A stretch of DNA of 64,000 nucleotides from the human T2T-CHM13v2.0 reference genome, Homo sapiens, in NCBI RefSeq assembly GCF_009914755.1, contig NC_060938.1; one strand, given 5' to 3'. Below the pieces are notes generated by a model. The model was given only the letters and a program-made list of their open reading frames with translations, was not told the DNA's origin and searched no databases. Position 1 is the first letter of the stretch, and every line of letters starts with the position of its first letter. The translations under genes and the position numbers were made by a program. Below are positions 1 to 28,377 of the stretch, one piece after another.

Positions 1-460
1 GGTTTTATTATCTCAAATTTACAAGTGAAGATACTGAGCGATAGTTAAGTCAGTCTACTAAGATCACCAAGCTAATAAATTACAGAGCCTGTATTCAAAT
101 TCTATCTCTTAATTAGATGATACATAATACTCACAACATAAAATTTTCCTGTTTAACACTATTATATAAATTTTGAACATTTAGTTTACAGTCTTTTCTA
201 TTAAAAATAGCACTATTTATTTTTGTGTAAACAGTTTCTTCATATTCCTTCAGTACAGAGGGATTCTTGGATCTAACAGCCTAAACACTTTCATTAAGTA
301 TTGAATGTGTATGAGTACTGCATTCATATTGGCAAACTGATTCAAAAAAGGTTGTTAACACCTTAAATTATCACTAAATATGAATATCTACAATATTCCT
401 TTTTACTTAAAAAAAATTCTCATTTTTTAAGTTTCTTAACTGTCTAATAGGTAAAAATGA

Positions 461-4290
<3,830 letters not shown>

Positions 4291-5693
4291 CCTTGTTTTT
4301 AATAATGCTAAATAATTCCAAAAAATAAACTATCACTTTTCAAATACCTCTAACATTGTAGACACTATGCTACACACATATTTAATTTTTATTCTCACTC
4401 CTAAAGAGGATTAAGTATAACTATCCTCACCTTGGAGACGAGCCAATTGATTAAGAGGTTATGTGCTTTGCCCATGGCCAAACATATAGGAAAGTGCAAT
4501 GAGTTGATTCCAGAGTATGAGTTCTTAAACTAAGACATATATTATTTTCCTAGCTACAATTAAATGTGTCTGCTAATAACTACCTGGGAAAATTTAGCAT
4601 CAAATTTTCTAACACTAATATCTCCAAACATTTAAAATGATAAAAGAAAATAACCATCCAATAAGGGAACTCTGTTACATGGTAGCATACTTTATAATTT
4701 TCTGATGGCCTTATCATGAAGCACTTATACTCCAGAATGATTCTTGCACTGGCATAACAGATGGTCCTCTAAAATTTTCAGACCAAATTATCTTGTTCAA
4801 AACTGAACTTGCTCATTTAAGATGATTCAAGTCTTGTGTAATTAAAAAAAAAAAAAAAAGTGACCCCACTAACACCTACACCTCTGTAGCTATTTGGGGA
4901 AGAATTAAAAACCAAGCTATTAAATGTTCACAGTGAATTATTTTGCGGCCAGTTCTCTCCTATTTAAAGCAGACTGCTTGTATTTTAATGTCAGCTCATA
5001 ATACTGGTATTTGAGGTACTTGAATCTTATAAAACTGCCTGCTCTACAGACCTCCTGAACTGAAAACGACCAAAATCAGATTCCTACTCAGCCAAAAACC
5101 TGCAGTCATCTTTCACCCTTTCTTCCTTCAATCCACCATCTAACTGGTCACCAATCCCTATACAACCCATCTGCCAAACTCTTAAATTTGTTCTCACTAA
5201 TCCAGTTGCCCTGAAGTTCCTATCTCAATCAACACTTGTCTGTTTCTATTCTCTCCTTCCTCCAGTTCTTCTCTCTGCCAGGGTGTCAAAGTGATCTTGA
5301 TCAACAGAAATCCAGATGTGTCAAATTTTCCTTACAGGTCTTTAATAATCCTTCTTAAATGTGAGGTAGAGTCCACGCTCTTTCACATGGCCTACAAAAG
5401 CCATCATAGGTTATAAAAAGCTCCTCTCTACTTTCTTAACATTATTCTCGGAGCTTTCCAAATGTATCCTGTACTCCATTAATATTGAAATACTTGCAAC
5501 TGCTAACAAAACACACTCATTCAATCATTCAGTAAATATCTACTGAGGACCTAAGGATCAGGCCCTATTCTGTATCTCCTTGCCTTTGTAGGAATATAGC
5601 AGTACATAAGACCAGCTCTCGTGGTGCTTACTTTAAAGAGACAAGACAATAAAACAAACAAAACCCCCCAAAAACCAGTATTTCAGAGAGTGA

Positions 5694-5993
<300 letters not shown>

Positions 5994-6412
5994 TAGCATA
6001 AGCTTTGTAAAGTCAGTAAAACATTATTGATATAAAAAGTGTAACGGGGTAAATTTAAATCAGGGAGACAGACTTCAATGGATGTAACATTTGAACTGAG
6101 AGGTGAATGGTATGAAGCAAACACCCATTCAGAAGATCTAGGGACAGAAAGTTTCAAGCAGATGACAAACAAGTACAAAAGCCCTAAGGCAAGGATGTAC
6201 TTGGAGGGTTCCACAACAGAAAGAAGGCTAGCGTAAGTGTAATGGGCCAAATGTTAGGTAGTACTCTGTTGGAGAGCTGGGTTGGGATTATGTAAGAACT
6301 TGCAAGCCTAAGGGTTAAGGAGCTGAGTTTTTGTTAAAGCCAATTAGAAGCTATGAAGGGTTCAAACTAGGCAGTCGTGTGATATAATTACGATTTAAAG
6401 ATATAATTCTCA

Positions 6413-7295
6413 AGCCAAGTGCGGTAGCTCATGCCTGTAATTCCAGCACTTCAGGAAGCTGAGGCCAGAGGATTGCTTGAGCCCTGGAGTTAAAGACCAG
6501 CCTGGGCAAGATGGCCAGACCTCATCTCCACAAAAAAATGAAAACATTAGCTGGTGTGGTAGTGCATGCCTGTAGTCCTAGATACTCAGCAGGCTGAGGT
6601 GGGAGGATTCCTTGAGCCCAGGAGTTCAAGTATGCAGTAAGCTGTGATTGTGCCACTGCACTCCAGCCTGGACAAGAGAGCAAGACTTTGTCTCTAAAAA
6701 AAATTTTTAAAAAAATGTATATAATTCTCAGGACAGGTGCATGCAGAAGCTCACACTTACAATCCCAACACTTTGGGAGGCCAAAGCAGAAAAATCCCTT
6801 GAGGCTAAGAGTTCAAGACCAGCCTGGGCAACAGAGCAACACCATGTCTCTACAAAAAATTTAAGAATTAGCCAGGCAAGGCGGTATACATCTGTAGTCC
6901 TAGCTACTTGAGAGGCTGAGGTGGGGGATCGCTGGAGCCCAGGAGTTCAAGGTTACAGTGAGCTATGATTGTGCCACTACACTCCAACTTGGGTGACAGA
7001 GCAAGACCTGTCTCTAAAAATAAATATGGTCAGGTGTAGTGGCCCATGTCTGTAATCCCAGCACTTGGGAGGCTGAGGTGGGCGATCACTTGAGCCCAGG
7101 AGTTTGAGACCAGCCTGGGCAACGTGGTGCATCCCCATCTACACTAAAAGTACAATCTGGTCATGGTGGCATACTTGTAGTCTCAGCTATTCGGGAGGCT
7201 AAGGTGGGAGAATCACTGGAGCCCAGGAAGTCAAGGCTGCAGTGATCCAGCCACTGCACTCCAGCCCAGGTGACAGCGATACCCTGTCTCAAAAA
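6413..7295 (+). mobile_element. Three tandem AluJ-like elements
   Basis: three consecutive diverged Alus with GAGCCCAGGAG J-type features. Confidence 0.88.
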
Positions 7296-8141
7296 TTAGT
7301 TAATTAAAAATATATATACACGCACACATCTACATATATAATTCAGCCTAATATGTACAAACATTGTAAAGGAGCAAGAGAGAAAAAGCAGAATGATTAA
7401 TTAAGGAGGCTACTGCAGTGGTCAAACCCTTTGGTAGTTTGGATCAGAGTACTGACTAGCAAAAGATGAAAAGAAATAGCAAGCTATGGATACACTGTAG
7501 AGGGAGAGCCACAAGGAGTTCCTGATGGATGGATTCATACCTTCATGCATTTGCACATACTGTTCTTCACTCATGCTTCCAAATCTGTCTGCCTAGAAAA
7601 CTCCTAAGTATCCTTTAAACCACAATTTAAATCTCACCTCTGCATAAAACTGTCTCCAATCTGCCCAGCCCAATTAGTTGTTAAATTATCTATATTCCCA
7701 GAGAACCCTGAATATGTGCCTAATCTACCATTTACCACTCTATGTTTTACCCACATACATCCTTACTAGCCCGCAAGGGGAAGAGTAAGCAAGAGCCAAA
7801 TCTCATTTATCTGTATAACTCCTCCAGTGGCCATCTCATACCGTCCCTACCAACAGGCTTCTAAAAAGCTCAATAAGTGGTTGCAATACTTATCAAACAG
7901 AGATTTAATATTCAGAGAGCTACCTAAAATTTGTTAAGAATCTAGTAATCTTTTCTAAAACTTCTCTTCGTTCAGATCGTCAGAAGAAAAGATAGGGCTT
8001 TCCCACTTCTCATCTAAATTTTATTCTTACCACACCTTTTTAACATTAAAATAAACCTCAAATACTTCTGGAAAAGGGAGATAAATAAAACCATATAATT
8101 GGTGTAATTTGACTAACACATCAAATAGTATGAATAACTAC

Positions 8142-8316
8142 CTTATTGAAGGCAGCATAGTTTGCTGAAATGTTTGTGCAAACACTGGCAATAACCTTTT
8201 CAAGTATATGGGTGCCATTTCCGGATCTCCTTTGGGCTCATTACATTCTTCTTCATCTTTGTTTGTATCTTTCTTTTTCTTATCATCTCCTTTATTAACT
8301 GGACACATCCAATCAC
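8142..8316 (-). CDS. HECTD1: HECTD1 exon 10 (175 nt, to aa 540 plus 2 nt)
   Basis: acceptor tttgtctgtag|GT; [17 protein letters not shown]...QQTMLPSI(R); donor AAG|gtagtt; ends phase 2. Confidence 0.95.
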
Positions 8317-8604
8317 CTACAGACAAATATTTTTTAAAGAAATACTTTTTTGGAAACTTTTGCTTTCAAGGAAAAAAACCTTAAGATATATCCAACTTCA
8401 AATAATAATTATCTCTAATTAACAAATACACTGAAATTAGAACATTGTTTCAATGATGCTTATAAGAATACTAAAGAGCACTAGTAACTTCAATGTGCTC
8501 AATAACAAATTAAGAAGATAATTTTGGATACTCCACTTCGTTCCAAAAATTATTTCACAGAGCTTCTGGATTCATCAACCCTCTGAAAACTTAAAACTTT
8601 GGTC

Positions 8605-8925
<321 letters not shown>

Positions 8926-9197
8926 CTAAACAATACCAAAGTATTCTTTATCTGACATTCCCATATTCCTTGAACTTTAGATTTTGGTTATTCTGGAATC
9001 AGGCAGTCACAATCTCAAAGAACATAGAAAATTAAGCTGTTAAACAGGTTTATTAAATATAAGGATATACATATATAATTATTTGACTTCATAGGAATAG
9101 TTCATTTATATAAGGTTAATGTGTCTACAGAAAGCTATGGAAGTGAAAGCTGAAAAATAACAGTAGATGGCTTCAAAAGAAAGAATGTAGCTCTCAC

Positions 9198-9312
9198 CTG
9201 GAGACTGAAGAATAGCTACCACTTCACTATGGCCCCTTTCTCGAGCTTTATCTAATGGAGTTTTCCCATCTTCATCTCTCAGATCTGGATTTGCACCATG
9301 CCGTAACAGAGT
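9198..9312 (-). CDS. HECTD1: HECTD1 exon 9 (115 nt, ankyrin repeat)
   Basis: acceptor ttctctag|ACT; [38 protein letters not shown]; donor CAG|gtgaga. Confidence 0.95.
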
Positions 9313-9563
9313 CTAGAGAAGAAAAGCATTTAATTTGAATATAACAATACTTTATTTCTTTGACATCCAACTATGTAAACTAAAGATTTTCCAGAATTAC
9401 TTAATCAAGCAGGTGGCAATCCATATCTCTGCCTTTGCACTTAGTACCTTAAAAGCAGCCTATTCTGTAATCTCAGCACTTTGGGAGGCCGAGGTGGGTG
9501 GGTCACCTGAGGACGGAAGTTCAAGGCCAGCCTGACCAACCTGGAGAAACCCCGTCTCTACTA

Positions 9564-9767
<204 letters not shown>

Positions 9768-11704
9768 TTATGAATTAATTGTACTTGGTTATTTATCATC
9801 ATCTCAAATTAAGTATATTCCATCTTAACATGTCACCTTCTCCATCAAACTCTGCCTCCCAATTTCTTTAAAGAGAGGTACTGTTTAATTTATGATCTGG
9901 CAATCAATGACATCGCCTCCTATATACTGCCAATTACCAAGTTAAGTCAAATTAAATTTTAGACCAAAAAGTCAACCAGGTGTGGTAGCTCACGCCTATA
10001 ATCCCAGCACTTTGGGAGGCTACACCGGAGGATCACTGGAGGCCAGGAGTTCAAGATCAGCCTAGGCAACATGGTGAGAGCTCGTCTCTACAAATAATAC
10101 ATAAATAACAAAATAAAAATAAAAATTAGCCAGTATGGTGGCACACGCCTATAGTTCTATAGTGACTCCGGAGGCTGAGGCAGGAGGATCACTTGAGCCC
10201 AGGAATTCAAGGTTACATGAGCTATCATTGTACCACTGCACTCCAGCCTGTGAGACAGAGCAATACCCTATTTCAAAAATAAAAAGTCATCAATATATCC
10301 ACCTCTATACCCACTAACACCTTAAACCTTTCATAATTTCATACCCAGACTAATTAATCACAATGGCTCAATAAAAACTTTTTTGCTAACAGCTGACTTT
10401 AAAAGTACTTGAAAGGGAAACTCTAAAACCTTCTTTGCTCACTCAGTATTAGTCACCCTTAGAAGCATCATTCTCTCTAAAAACTAACCAATTCAAACAA
10501 ATAGAATTCAGGCTTGAAGAGACCATCCTTCACAGGCTAGAAAGCTACGAACCTGTTATTGAAAATGTTGTTGTAGTGTAAAGATGACAATAATAGCAGC
10601 TACCATTTGAGCACCTGCAATATGCTGATTACTACAGTAAATCTATACAATATATTTTTCTAATTCTCACAATAATCTTGCTAAGAATATATACTTATTT
10701 TATAGACAAACTTAATAAATTGTCCAAGATCATATAGCCTTTTTTGTGCATAAGCTGAGACTCGAATCCAGGCATGCACAACTTCAGAGTGGACTAACCT
10801 CGTACTATACCAAATAACTTCACGATTGGCAGATTACAGACACCTAGTTCATACATTTGATGTAAACCTTTCCATTTAACCTCTTTGGACCTCAATTTCT
10901 CTAACTGTAAAAATAACTCCCCAAAGTCCTTTGCTAGTCTGAGTCTAGTGATTCTTCTACAAACAGAGTATTTGGCTGGGTGCAGTGGCTCACACCTATA
11001 ATCCCAGCACTTTGGGAGGACAAAGCAGGTGGATCACTTGAGGCTAGGAGTTTGAGACCAGCCTGGCCAACATGGCAAAACCCTGTCTCTACTATAAGTA
11101 CAAAAACTAGCCAAGCATGATGGCACACGCCTATAATCCCAGCCACTTGGGAGGCTGAGGCACGAGATCGTTTGAACACAGGAATTCAAGGCTGCAGTGA
11201 GTCGCTACTGTGCCACTGCCCTCCAGCCTGGGTGACAGAGCAAAACCCTGTCTCAAAAAAAAAAGAAAAGGAATATTTTATTGATGAATACAAACAAGAG
11301 AAAATATAGGCAAAGTTATTCATTGCCAAGAGTAACAAATTGGAAACAATCACACGTTCAACACTAGGTGACTAGTTGAATAAACTTGTAGTACAGGATA
11401 TGCATACAGATATAAAAAAGTTCTCTACATGCTAACAGGGAGAGATCTCTAATTTATATTATTAAGTAAAAAAACAAAGTACAGGTGAGTGTATAAGAAA
11501 AGGAGGGAACACATATATATATATTTGTTTTTATTGAATCTGTATTAGGAAACACTAAAAAGAAAAAACTAATTAAAAACACTTACAGTGAGTAAGGGGG
11601 AATGAAGTGGATGGAGATGGCATGGAAATAAAAGGTTTTATATCATTCTAATTTTTAAACCATGTAAATGTTAAAAATTAGTAATTTTAAAACCTAGACT
11701 TTAC

Positions 11705-11803
11705 CTTTGCTACTTGAGGTCTTCCAAAACATGCAGCATAATGTAATGATGATGACCTTTGACCTCTATTAACATCTGCACCTCTCTCACAAAGAAATTC
11801 TAC
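11705..11803 (-). CDS. HECTD1: HECTD1 exon 8 (99 nt, ankyrin repeat)
   Basis: acceptor ttttacag|GTA; [33 protein letters not shown]; donor AAG|gtaaag; preceded by an 86-nt intron. Confidence 0.95.
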
Positions 11804-11889
11804 CTGTAAAATGATAACGAATCATAAAGCTGCTTTTTATTAATATTTCTATCCTTAATTTAAATACCAGCTTTTATTTATTAGCTTAC

Positions 11890-11966
11890 CATTTCCTGAG
11901 TTCCAAAAGCAGAGGCCCAGTTTAATAGAGTCTGACCTACATCATCCATAAAATTTACTTCAAAGG
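11890..11966 (-). CDS. HECTD1: HECTD1 exon 7 (77 nt, ankyrin-repeat region start)
   Basis: acceptor aatttcag|CC; [26 protein letters not shown]; donor ATG|gtaagc. Confidence 0.95.
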
Positions 11967-12150
11967 CTGAAATTTTGAAGGAAAAAAAAAGAAACGTATT
12001 TTTAAAGCCAATAAAATACTAAACTTTTCTAAAGACTGAACCATTTTAAGATCGTCATTAGTCATCATCTAAATAAAGAGCCAAGAGAGTGTTTTAAATA
12101 TTTAGGTCAACTATAGAGCAGTACATAATCAGCAAACTTGAGATCAGCTA

Positions 12151-12498
<348 letters not shown>

Positions 12499-12999
12499 TT
12501 AAGTCTTAAAAATAAACATGAAATAACAAAGGAAAATACTAAATACACAACTAAATAAGGTAGTAGTTGCTAAAAGAGGCTAATCCACATCCATAATCCA
12601 AAGAACACAGAAGAACAAATCTGATGACCCAGAAGCATCTTTCAGGAATTATATTTGCTCATCACCTCATGTAGCAGTCAAAAAAAATCTGCATTATTAT
12701 AATTCATTCACATCAGTTCCTATCAATCTTGAGAAAACCTTAGAATTTATAAGATCTCCTTCAGGTAATAAAACAGAAATTTCAAACTTTATAGAAGTTT
12801 TACTCATTCAACAAGCATTTATTCAGGTTTCACCAAGAACCAAGCTGATAATTACATAATTATGCACAGGGATAGGGGAGAATATCGAAGGGGTGCCACT
12901 TTGTTATCTGGATTTCTAAGAGTACTGTCCGAAAACTAGAAACTGCCTATATGGTTATCTCACAACTTTCTTTTTATATTTAAAAAAATATTTTCTGAC

Positions 13000-13270
13000 C
13001 TCCTGTGTCAATTGCATCTATAAGTGCATCGGTATCTTTACTTCGAATACAATCTATAAGCTGCCGATGTGAGCGCTCCCCAGAACTATCTAATCTCCGG
13101 AGTCCTGGGATTCTGCCTGTAGATCCAGCACTAGACTTTGGCAAAGCTTTTCGTCCTTCAAATAATAGCACCAAGAGAAGGTCAACCAAACGCATAGTAT
13201 CAAGCACACATCTTTCATCACCCTGCAATGCACTTTCAATTGAATCTGGAAGCTCCGACCTCAGAAGATC
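13000..13270 (-). CDS. HECTD1: HECTD1 exon 6 (271 nt, aa 296-385 plus 1 nt)
   Basis: acceptor ctctttctag|GAT; DLLRSELPD...DAIDTG; donor GAG|gtcaga; preceded by a 98-nt intron. Confidence 0.95.
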
Positions 13271-13368
13271 CTAGAAAGAGAATGGGAAGAAAGATGTTTA
13301 ATATATTAGCATTATACAAAAACACTTTTTCTGAAGATTAAAAAGCAAAGATTCAAAAACATTCTTAC

Positions 13369-13650
13369 ATGTGTTACTACCGGAGAGCCTCTGCAAAGTG
13401 TTGAGAGCAGACTTACAATTGTTGACACCTGATTACTCAATTTGGAATCTGCAGTGGTGGATGGAGCTCCTGTGGTGCTGCGACCTGGTTTGCATGCTGA
13501 TGATGGTCCTGAAACAGTACCACCAGCAGCAGCCATTCGAGATAACAGCTCCTCAGTTAATCCATGCTTGGCTAATGGAGCTGGGTCAACACCACGACGG
13601 GTAAATCGGTCAGCCAGTGATGCAAAGCATCGCAGAGCTCCATCTGAAAC
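13369..13650 (-). CDS. HECTD1: HECTD1 exon 5 (282 nt, aa 202-295)
   Basis: acceptor attgttag|GTT; [11 protein letters not shown]...GSPVVTH; donor CAT|gtaaga. Confidence 0.95.
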
Positions 13651-13734
13651 CTAACAATGTGAAGAAAATGCCCACAGATAAAATCCACCTAAAAAGGGTT
13701 AGTAATGATCATTTCAATACTGACACTATAAGAA

Positions 13735-13965
13735 AGGCAACTGCAGCAAAGTGATTAAGCATGTGATCTGCCTATTGAATCGTGGCTCCATATACTGCTA
13801 ACTGTGTAATCCGAGGAAGTTACTTAAACTGCTTAAGGCCTCAGTTCCCTCATTTGTAAAATGGGGATATTAATGGTACCTATATCTCATTGTGTTAGCT
13901 TAAATGAGGTAACACATATAAAGAATCTAGATGGATAATAAAAGCTCAAAAATATTAACTATTAT
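13735..13965. mobile_element. MIR (other MIR remnants near 1-110, 4370-4530, 10590-10800, 16900-17470, 42940-43070, 61220-61400)
   Basis: MIR core AAGTTACTTAA...GCCTCAGTTCCCTCATTTGTAAAATGGGGATA. Confidence 0.75.
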
Positions 13966-14171
13966 TATGTGTACCTTTGTCATGATAATCTATGATATCA
14001 ACTGAAAATAACATCTGAACAATAAAAAGTCATTAAAAGCCAAGTTTTATTTTCTAAAGTATGCTAATTCAATAAGGATTTACAGATAAGATTATAAATA
14101 CTGTCTTATGCCTGGCACAGTGGCTCACGCCTGTAATCCCAGCACTTGGGGAGACTGAGGTGGACAGATCA

Positions 14172-14441
<270 letters not shown>

Positions 14442-14754
14442 TTAAGTCAACAAAATCAGGTCAACAAAATTGCACCAAGTCAGCAAAATTACACTCAGTA
14501 CAAGTACAGCTGTAAAAACATTTTTATGATATTTAAATTTTAAGAATAAACATATATCACACTTATAATCTTAAAAGTTTCATTCCCAAAATGGAGATTA
14601 CCACATGCAGAGATAAAATTAGAGAAAGAGGATGGAATTACCTCGATTTCATCAAGTGAAAAGCACAAATTACAGTCTATCATAATTATAAACAGGGGAA
14701 CACTAAAAAAATCACTTTCTGAAAATGGAAAGTATGTAACAGCAACTTATTTAC

Positions 14755-14982
14755 CTGATGATCTTCATGCTTTAATAAACTAGACAGAGATTCTACACAA
14801 ATTTCTAAAGAAGAATCTTGAGGCTCCATTTTGCCACAGAGTCTTGATACCACAGCCATAGCAGAGTGCAAGGTGTCTTTATGAACTAGATGTCCACTGT
14901 CACGAATGAAGGTAAGCACACAATTCAAACCACCAGCCTCAAAGACTGCTCCTGACTCACGAGTACATATCAGTTCTAATAC
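14755..14982 (-). CDS. HECTD1: HECTD1 exon 4 (228 nt, aa 126-201)
   Basis: acceptor ctattatag|GTA; [11 protein letters not shown]...KHEDHQ; donor CAG|gtaaat. Confidence 0.96.
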
Positions 14983-15044
14983 CTATAATAGTAAAACAAA
15001 TGTAACGAAAGAATGCAAGCCTGATTTTCAAGAATCACAGAAAC

Positions 15045-15935
<891 letters not shown>

Positions 15936-15959
15936 GTTTAGAAAGTGACATCTGTATGG

Positions 15960-16411
15960 CAAGGTAAAGAACTACAAGTAATTTAGCAAAAGCTCATAAT
16001 AATACTCTAACACTATTTGTCTTTTTCATTATCATTCTCATGAGTCTAGGGTAGCATTTTCCAGAAGCTAAGCATGATGTGATACTGTACAAGACTGAAT
16101 GCAAAAGCAGACAGGAGGATCCAGCTGTCTACTGTAAAAACAGAGTGTTCTTAAGAGACTTGCAAAAATGCCTAACAATTCCAGTCTTCTCACTAACTTT
16201 GTTTATTTAAAAAGGTTATTTTTCATTAACCTGTTATGTATAACATGTAATTAATTTATTTTAAGATAAATAAATACTTTAAATTTATCAGTTTCAGTAT
16301 CTAATATGGTAAATAAATAGACAAAACCTATATGAACAAAAGCTCTTTGGGTATCCTCAATTATTTAAGACTTGTAAGGGGATCCTGAGACAAAAAATTT
16401 GAGAACTGCTG
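15960..16411 (+). mobile_element. Charlie1-family hAT DNA transposon 3' fragment
   Basis: GACTGAATGCAAAAGCAGA...AAAAGCTCTTTGGG...TCCTGAGACAAAAAATTTGAGAACTGCTG; homologous to 39070-39715. Confidence 0.7.
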
Positions 16412-16618
16412 ACCTAAAGCAGCAAAAATTATAAAAAGAATGAAGCAGAAATCATTAAAAAAAAAAAAAAACAAGAAAAGAAAAAAGAATCAGGGGCCAG
16501 TCACAGTGACTCAAGCCTGTAATCCCAGCAGCACTTTGGGAAGCCGAGGCAGGTAGATCACCTGAGGTCAGGAGTTCGAGACCAGCCTGGCCAACATGGT
16601 GAAACCCCATCTCTACTA

Positions 16619-16771
<153 letters not shown>

Positions 16772-17863
16772 CTATCTCTCAAAAAAAAAAAAAAAAAAAA
16801 AATCATGTAAAATCTCAATGTATTCACCACAAATAGTTCCAAAAAAGTATGGATCTAGCACTAATGCTTTTAGAGTTACATAAAGACAACAGCTTACTTT
16901 ACAGGGAATATAGCAAAATAGTTAAATCCCTGGGCCCTAGAACCAAACTTCCTAATCTTCAAATTCCTAAACTTCAAGTCTTGACTCTTCTGCTCACTAC
17001 TCCCAAGTATGTTCCTTAACCTCAGCATACTTGAATTTCTTTCATCTGTAACAGAGAAATGATAATATTCGGCTGGGGGTGGTGGCTGACACCTACAATC
17101 CCAGCACTTTGGGAGGCCAAGGCAGGGGGATCACAAGGTCAGGAGTTCAGGACCAGCCCGGCCAACACAGTGAAACTCCATCTCTACTAAAAATACAAAA
17201 CAAATTAGCCGGGCGTGGTGGTGGGCACCTGTAGTCCCAGCTACTTGGGAGACTGAGGCAGGAGAACCGCTGGAACTGGGAGGTGGAGGTTGCAGTGAGT
17301 CAACATCGTGCCACTACACCCCAGCCTGGGAGACACAGCAACTGTCTCAAAAACAATAATAATAATAATAATAATAATACTATTCCTGGCACCAACCTAT
17401 CCCATATAGGGTTGCTGTGAAGATTAAATGAGTTAATACCTTAAAGTGCTTAGAATAATGTCTAGCACTGGTGGGTGGTGTTTGTTGTGGTGGTGATTGT
17501 TACTATTATAATACAAAATGATTTGGGTAAGAACAGGGATAACCTATCTCTAAGTGACTACCAGGAACTGAAGTGCACTGAAGCAGCACATAACATAGCA
17601 ATCACCTACAGTTTTCCTTCTAAGATAAGATTTCTTTTCGCAAGTCCCATGGAACCTCCTTTGGTGCCACAAGTGTTGTGATTTCCACTGTTCTCAACTA
17701 CTCTCAATAAAGTAAGACTGAAGATAGGAAGAATTTTTTTTTTTAGAAATTTTTTTTTTTTAGTAAATACATTTTTCAGTCTCTAAGTGATGTTTAAATG
17801 AGCCAATACTCATCCCTGAGAGGTCTGAGAAAAATAAGTAATGAGCCAATAAGTAATACTTAC

Positions 17864-18098
17864 CTTTACACACTGTTCAGCTAAGTCTCTGCTAGTCCTG
17901 TTGTTAAGTTCAACTACAACCAAACGATTACAAAGTGCTTTTATAGCTCCATCTACCCCAACAATCCTTCGGGTACATTCCGCAGATACATCCAGGTAGT
18001 ATGTTATGGCACGGGCTGTCACCTCTAATACATTGTCTGGAGCACTTTCATCAAGAAAAATTTTGCAAAGGGCTGGCAAGAAAGTGCGAGGAGGACAT
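17864..18098 (-). CDS. HECTD1: HECTD1 exon 3 (235 nt, aa 47-125, ARM-like region)
   Basis: acceptor ttcactacag|A; [12 protein letters not shown]...AEQCVK; donor AAG|gtaagt; frame continuous with exon 2. Confidence 0.96.
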
Positions 18099-18332
18099 CT
18101 GTAGTGAAAGAAATCATATTACATCTAGGGTTATTAAATTCTTAACAGCAAAATATTAACAAAATAATAGAAAATAAAAAGTTATAATGTAACACACTGT
18201 GCTCAATACTGTGTCTGAATGTTTATTAGGTAATATTTCTCACATTGTTTTTGCTTCCATAACAATACTCACATGCTAATTTCATCGCTGCTGAGAATAC
18301 CAAGGTGTAAATGGTTTAAAACAGCAGCATTA

Positions 18333-18497
<165 letters not shown>

Positions 18498-18985
18498 TCA
18501 GCCGGGCGTGGTGACAGGCACCTGTAGTCCCAGCTACTCAGGAGGCTGAGGCAGGAGAATCCCTTCCGGGAGATGGAGGTTGCAGTGAGCCGAGATTACG
18601 CCACTGTACTCCAGCCTGGGCAACGAGAGCAAAACAAACTCTGTTTCAAAGAAAAAAAAAAAAAAAAAATTCAGCGCTCACCTCAAACATGAACTGCTCT
18701 ATGAAACCCTCCTTAAGCTCCCAAATACTTAAGTGGTACTTTCATGTTCCTTAACCCTCATAAAAGCAGCACATACACTGTTTAATGTATCACTTTATTT
18801 CCTTATTCACTTAAAATCCCAGAAGGCCAGGAACACTGCTCAATTCATATTTTTCAGAAAGAAGCACTGATTTGGGGTCTAAAAGACTGGGGTGAAAAAA
18901 AGAACAGCAACTGTGTGACTTTTCTGCGTCTGTTTCCTTACTTATAAAGCATAAGTAATAGCTAAATAACACCTACTTTAGGTCA

Positions 18986-19390
<405 letters not shown>

Positions 19391-20299
19391 CTAAACTTTA
19401 GCCCCCATCCTCTCCCTTTAACAGTCTAATGCTTATTACACAAACCTGTCCAAGATAGTTCCATCAAAAACAGAATTTTTGAGATATCATTAATACTCCC
19501 TATATTTTATCAACACTTAAAATATGAAAAGATCATAATTTACATTTAGTAGAAATCTCAGCTATGTGACATCAAATACATTATTCTAGTTTCTCTAGAC
19601 AGACTAAACTACAGCTACAGACAACACAAAGGGTAATACCCTCAACATTTTAATGGAATAATTTATCTTCCTATTCTTAGTGTATGCAAATGAGTACTTC
19701 CCATACCTTTAGTAGCCTTTAAGAAATATCTGTATGAGGCCAGGCCCGGTGGCTCACGCCTGTAATCCTTGCACTTTGGGAGGCTGAGGCAGGTGGATCA
19801 CCTGAGGTCAGGAGTTCAAGACCAGCCTGGCCAACATGATGAAATCCCGTCTCTACTAAAAATACAAATAATTAGCCGGGTATAGTGGCAAGCACCTGTA
19901 ATCCCAGCTACTCAGGAGGCTAAGGCAGGAGAATTGCTTGAACCTGGGAGGTGGAGGTTGCAGTGAGCTGAGATCATGCCACTGCCTGGGCAACAAGAGC
20001 AAAACTCCGTCTTAAAAAAAAAAAATCTGTATGAATGTTAAAGTATATCTAATTCTATGGTTTAATATCTGCTTAGATGATTCTTAACTTAAAGGGTCCA
20101 GAAGAAAGAATACTGTTAAAAAAATTTTAGGGCCCGTATGGCGGCTCACACTTGCAGTCTCAGCACTTTGGGAGGCTGAGGCAGTTCAAGATCAGCTTGG
20201 CAACATGGCAAGACTCACTATTAAAAAAATACATAAAAATAAAAAAATTTTAGAAGACATCTTTCATGCAATGACTGAGTAATCATTGATTAAACACAG

Positions 20300-28377
<8,078 letters not shown>

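Noticed and set aside
13005-13654. Plus-strand ORFs antisense to exons 5-6 (and 45528-45785 antisense to exon 2)
   Set aside because: Shadow ORFs of real coding exons, with no independent support.
14446-14491. Three short GTCA(A/G)CAAAAT repeats; also GGTGCACAGTACT twice at about 53398-53429
   Set aside because: Short slippage duplications with irregular, tiny spacers; not a CRISPR-like or structured array.
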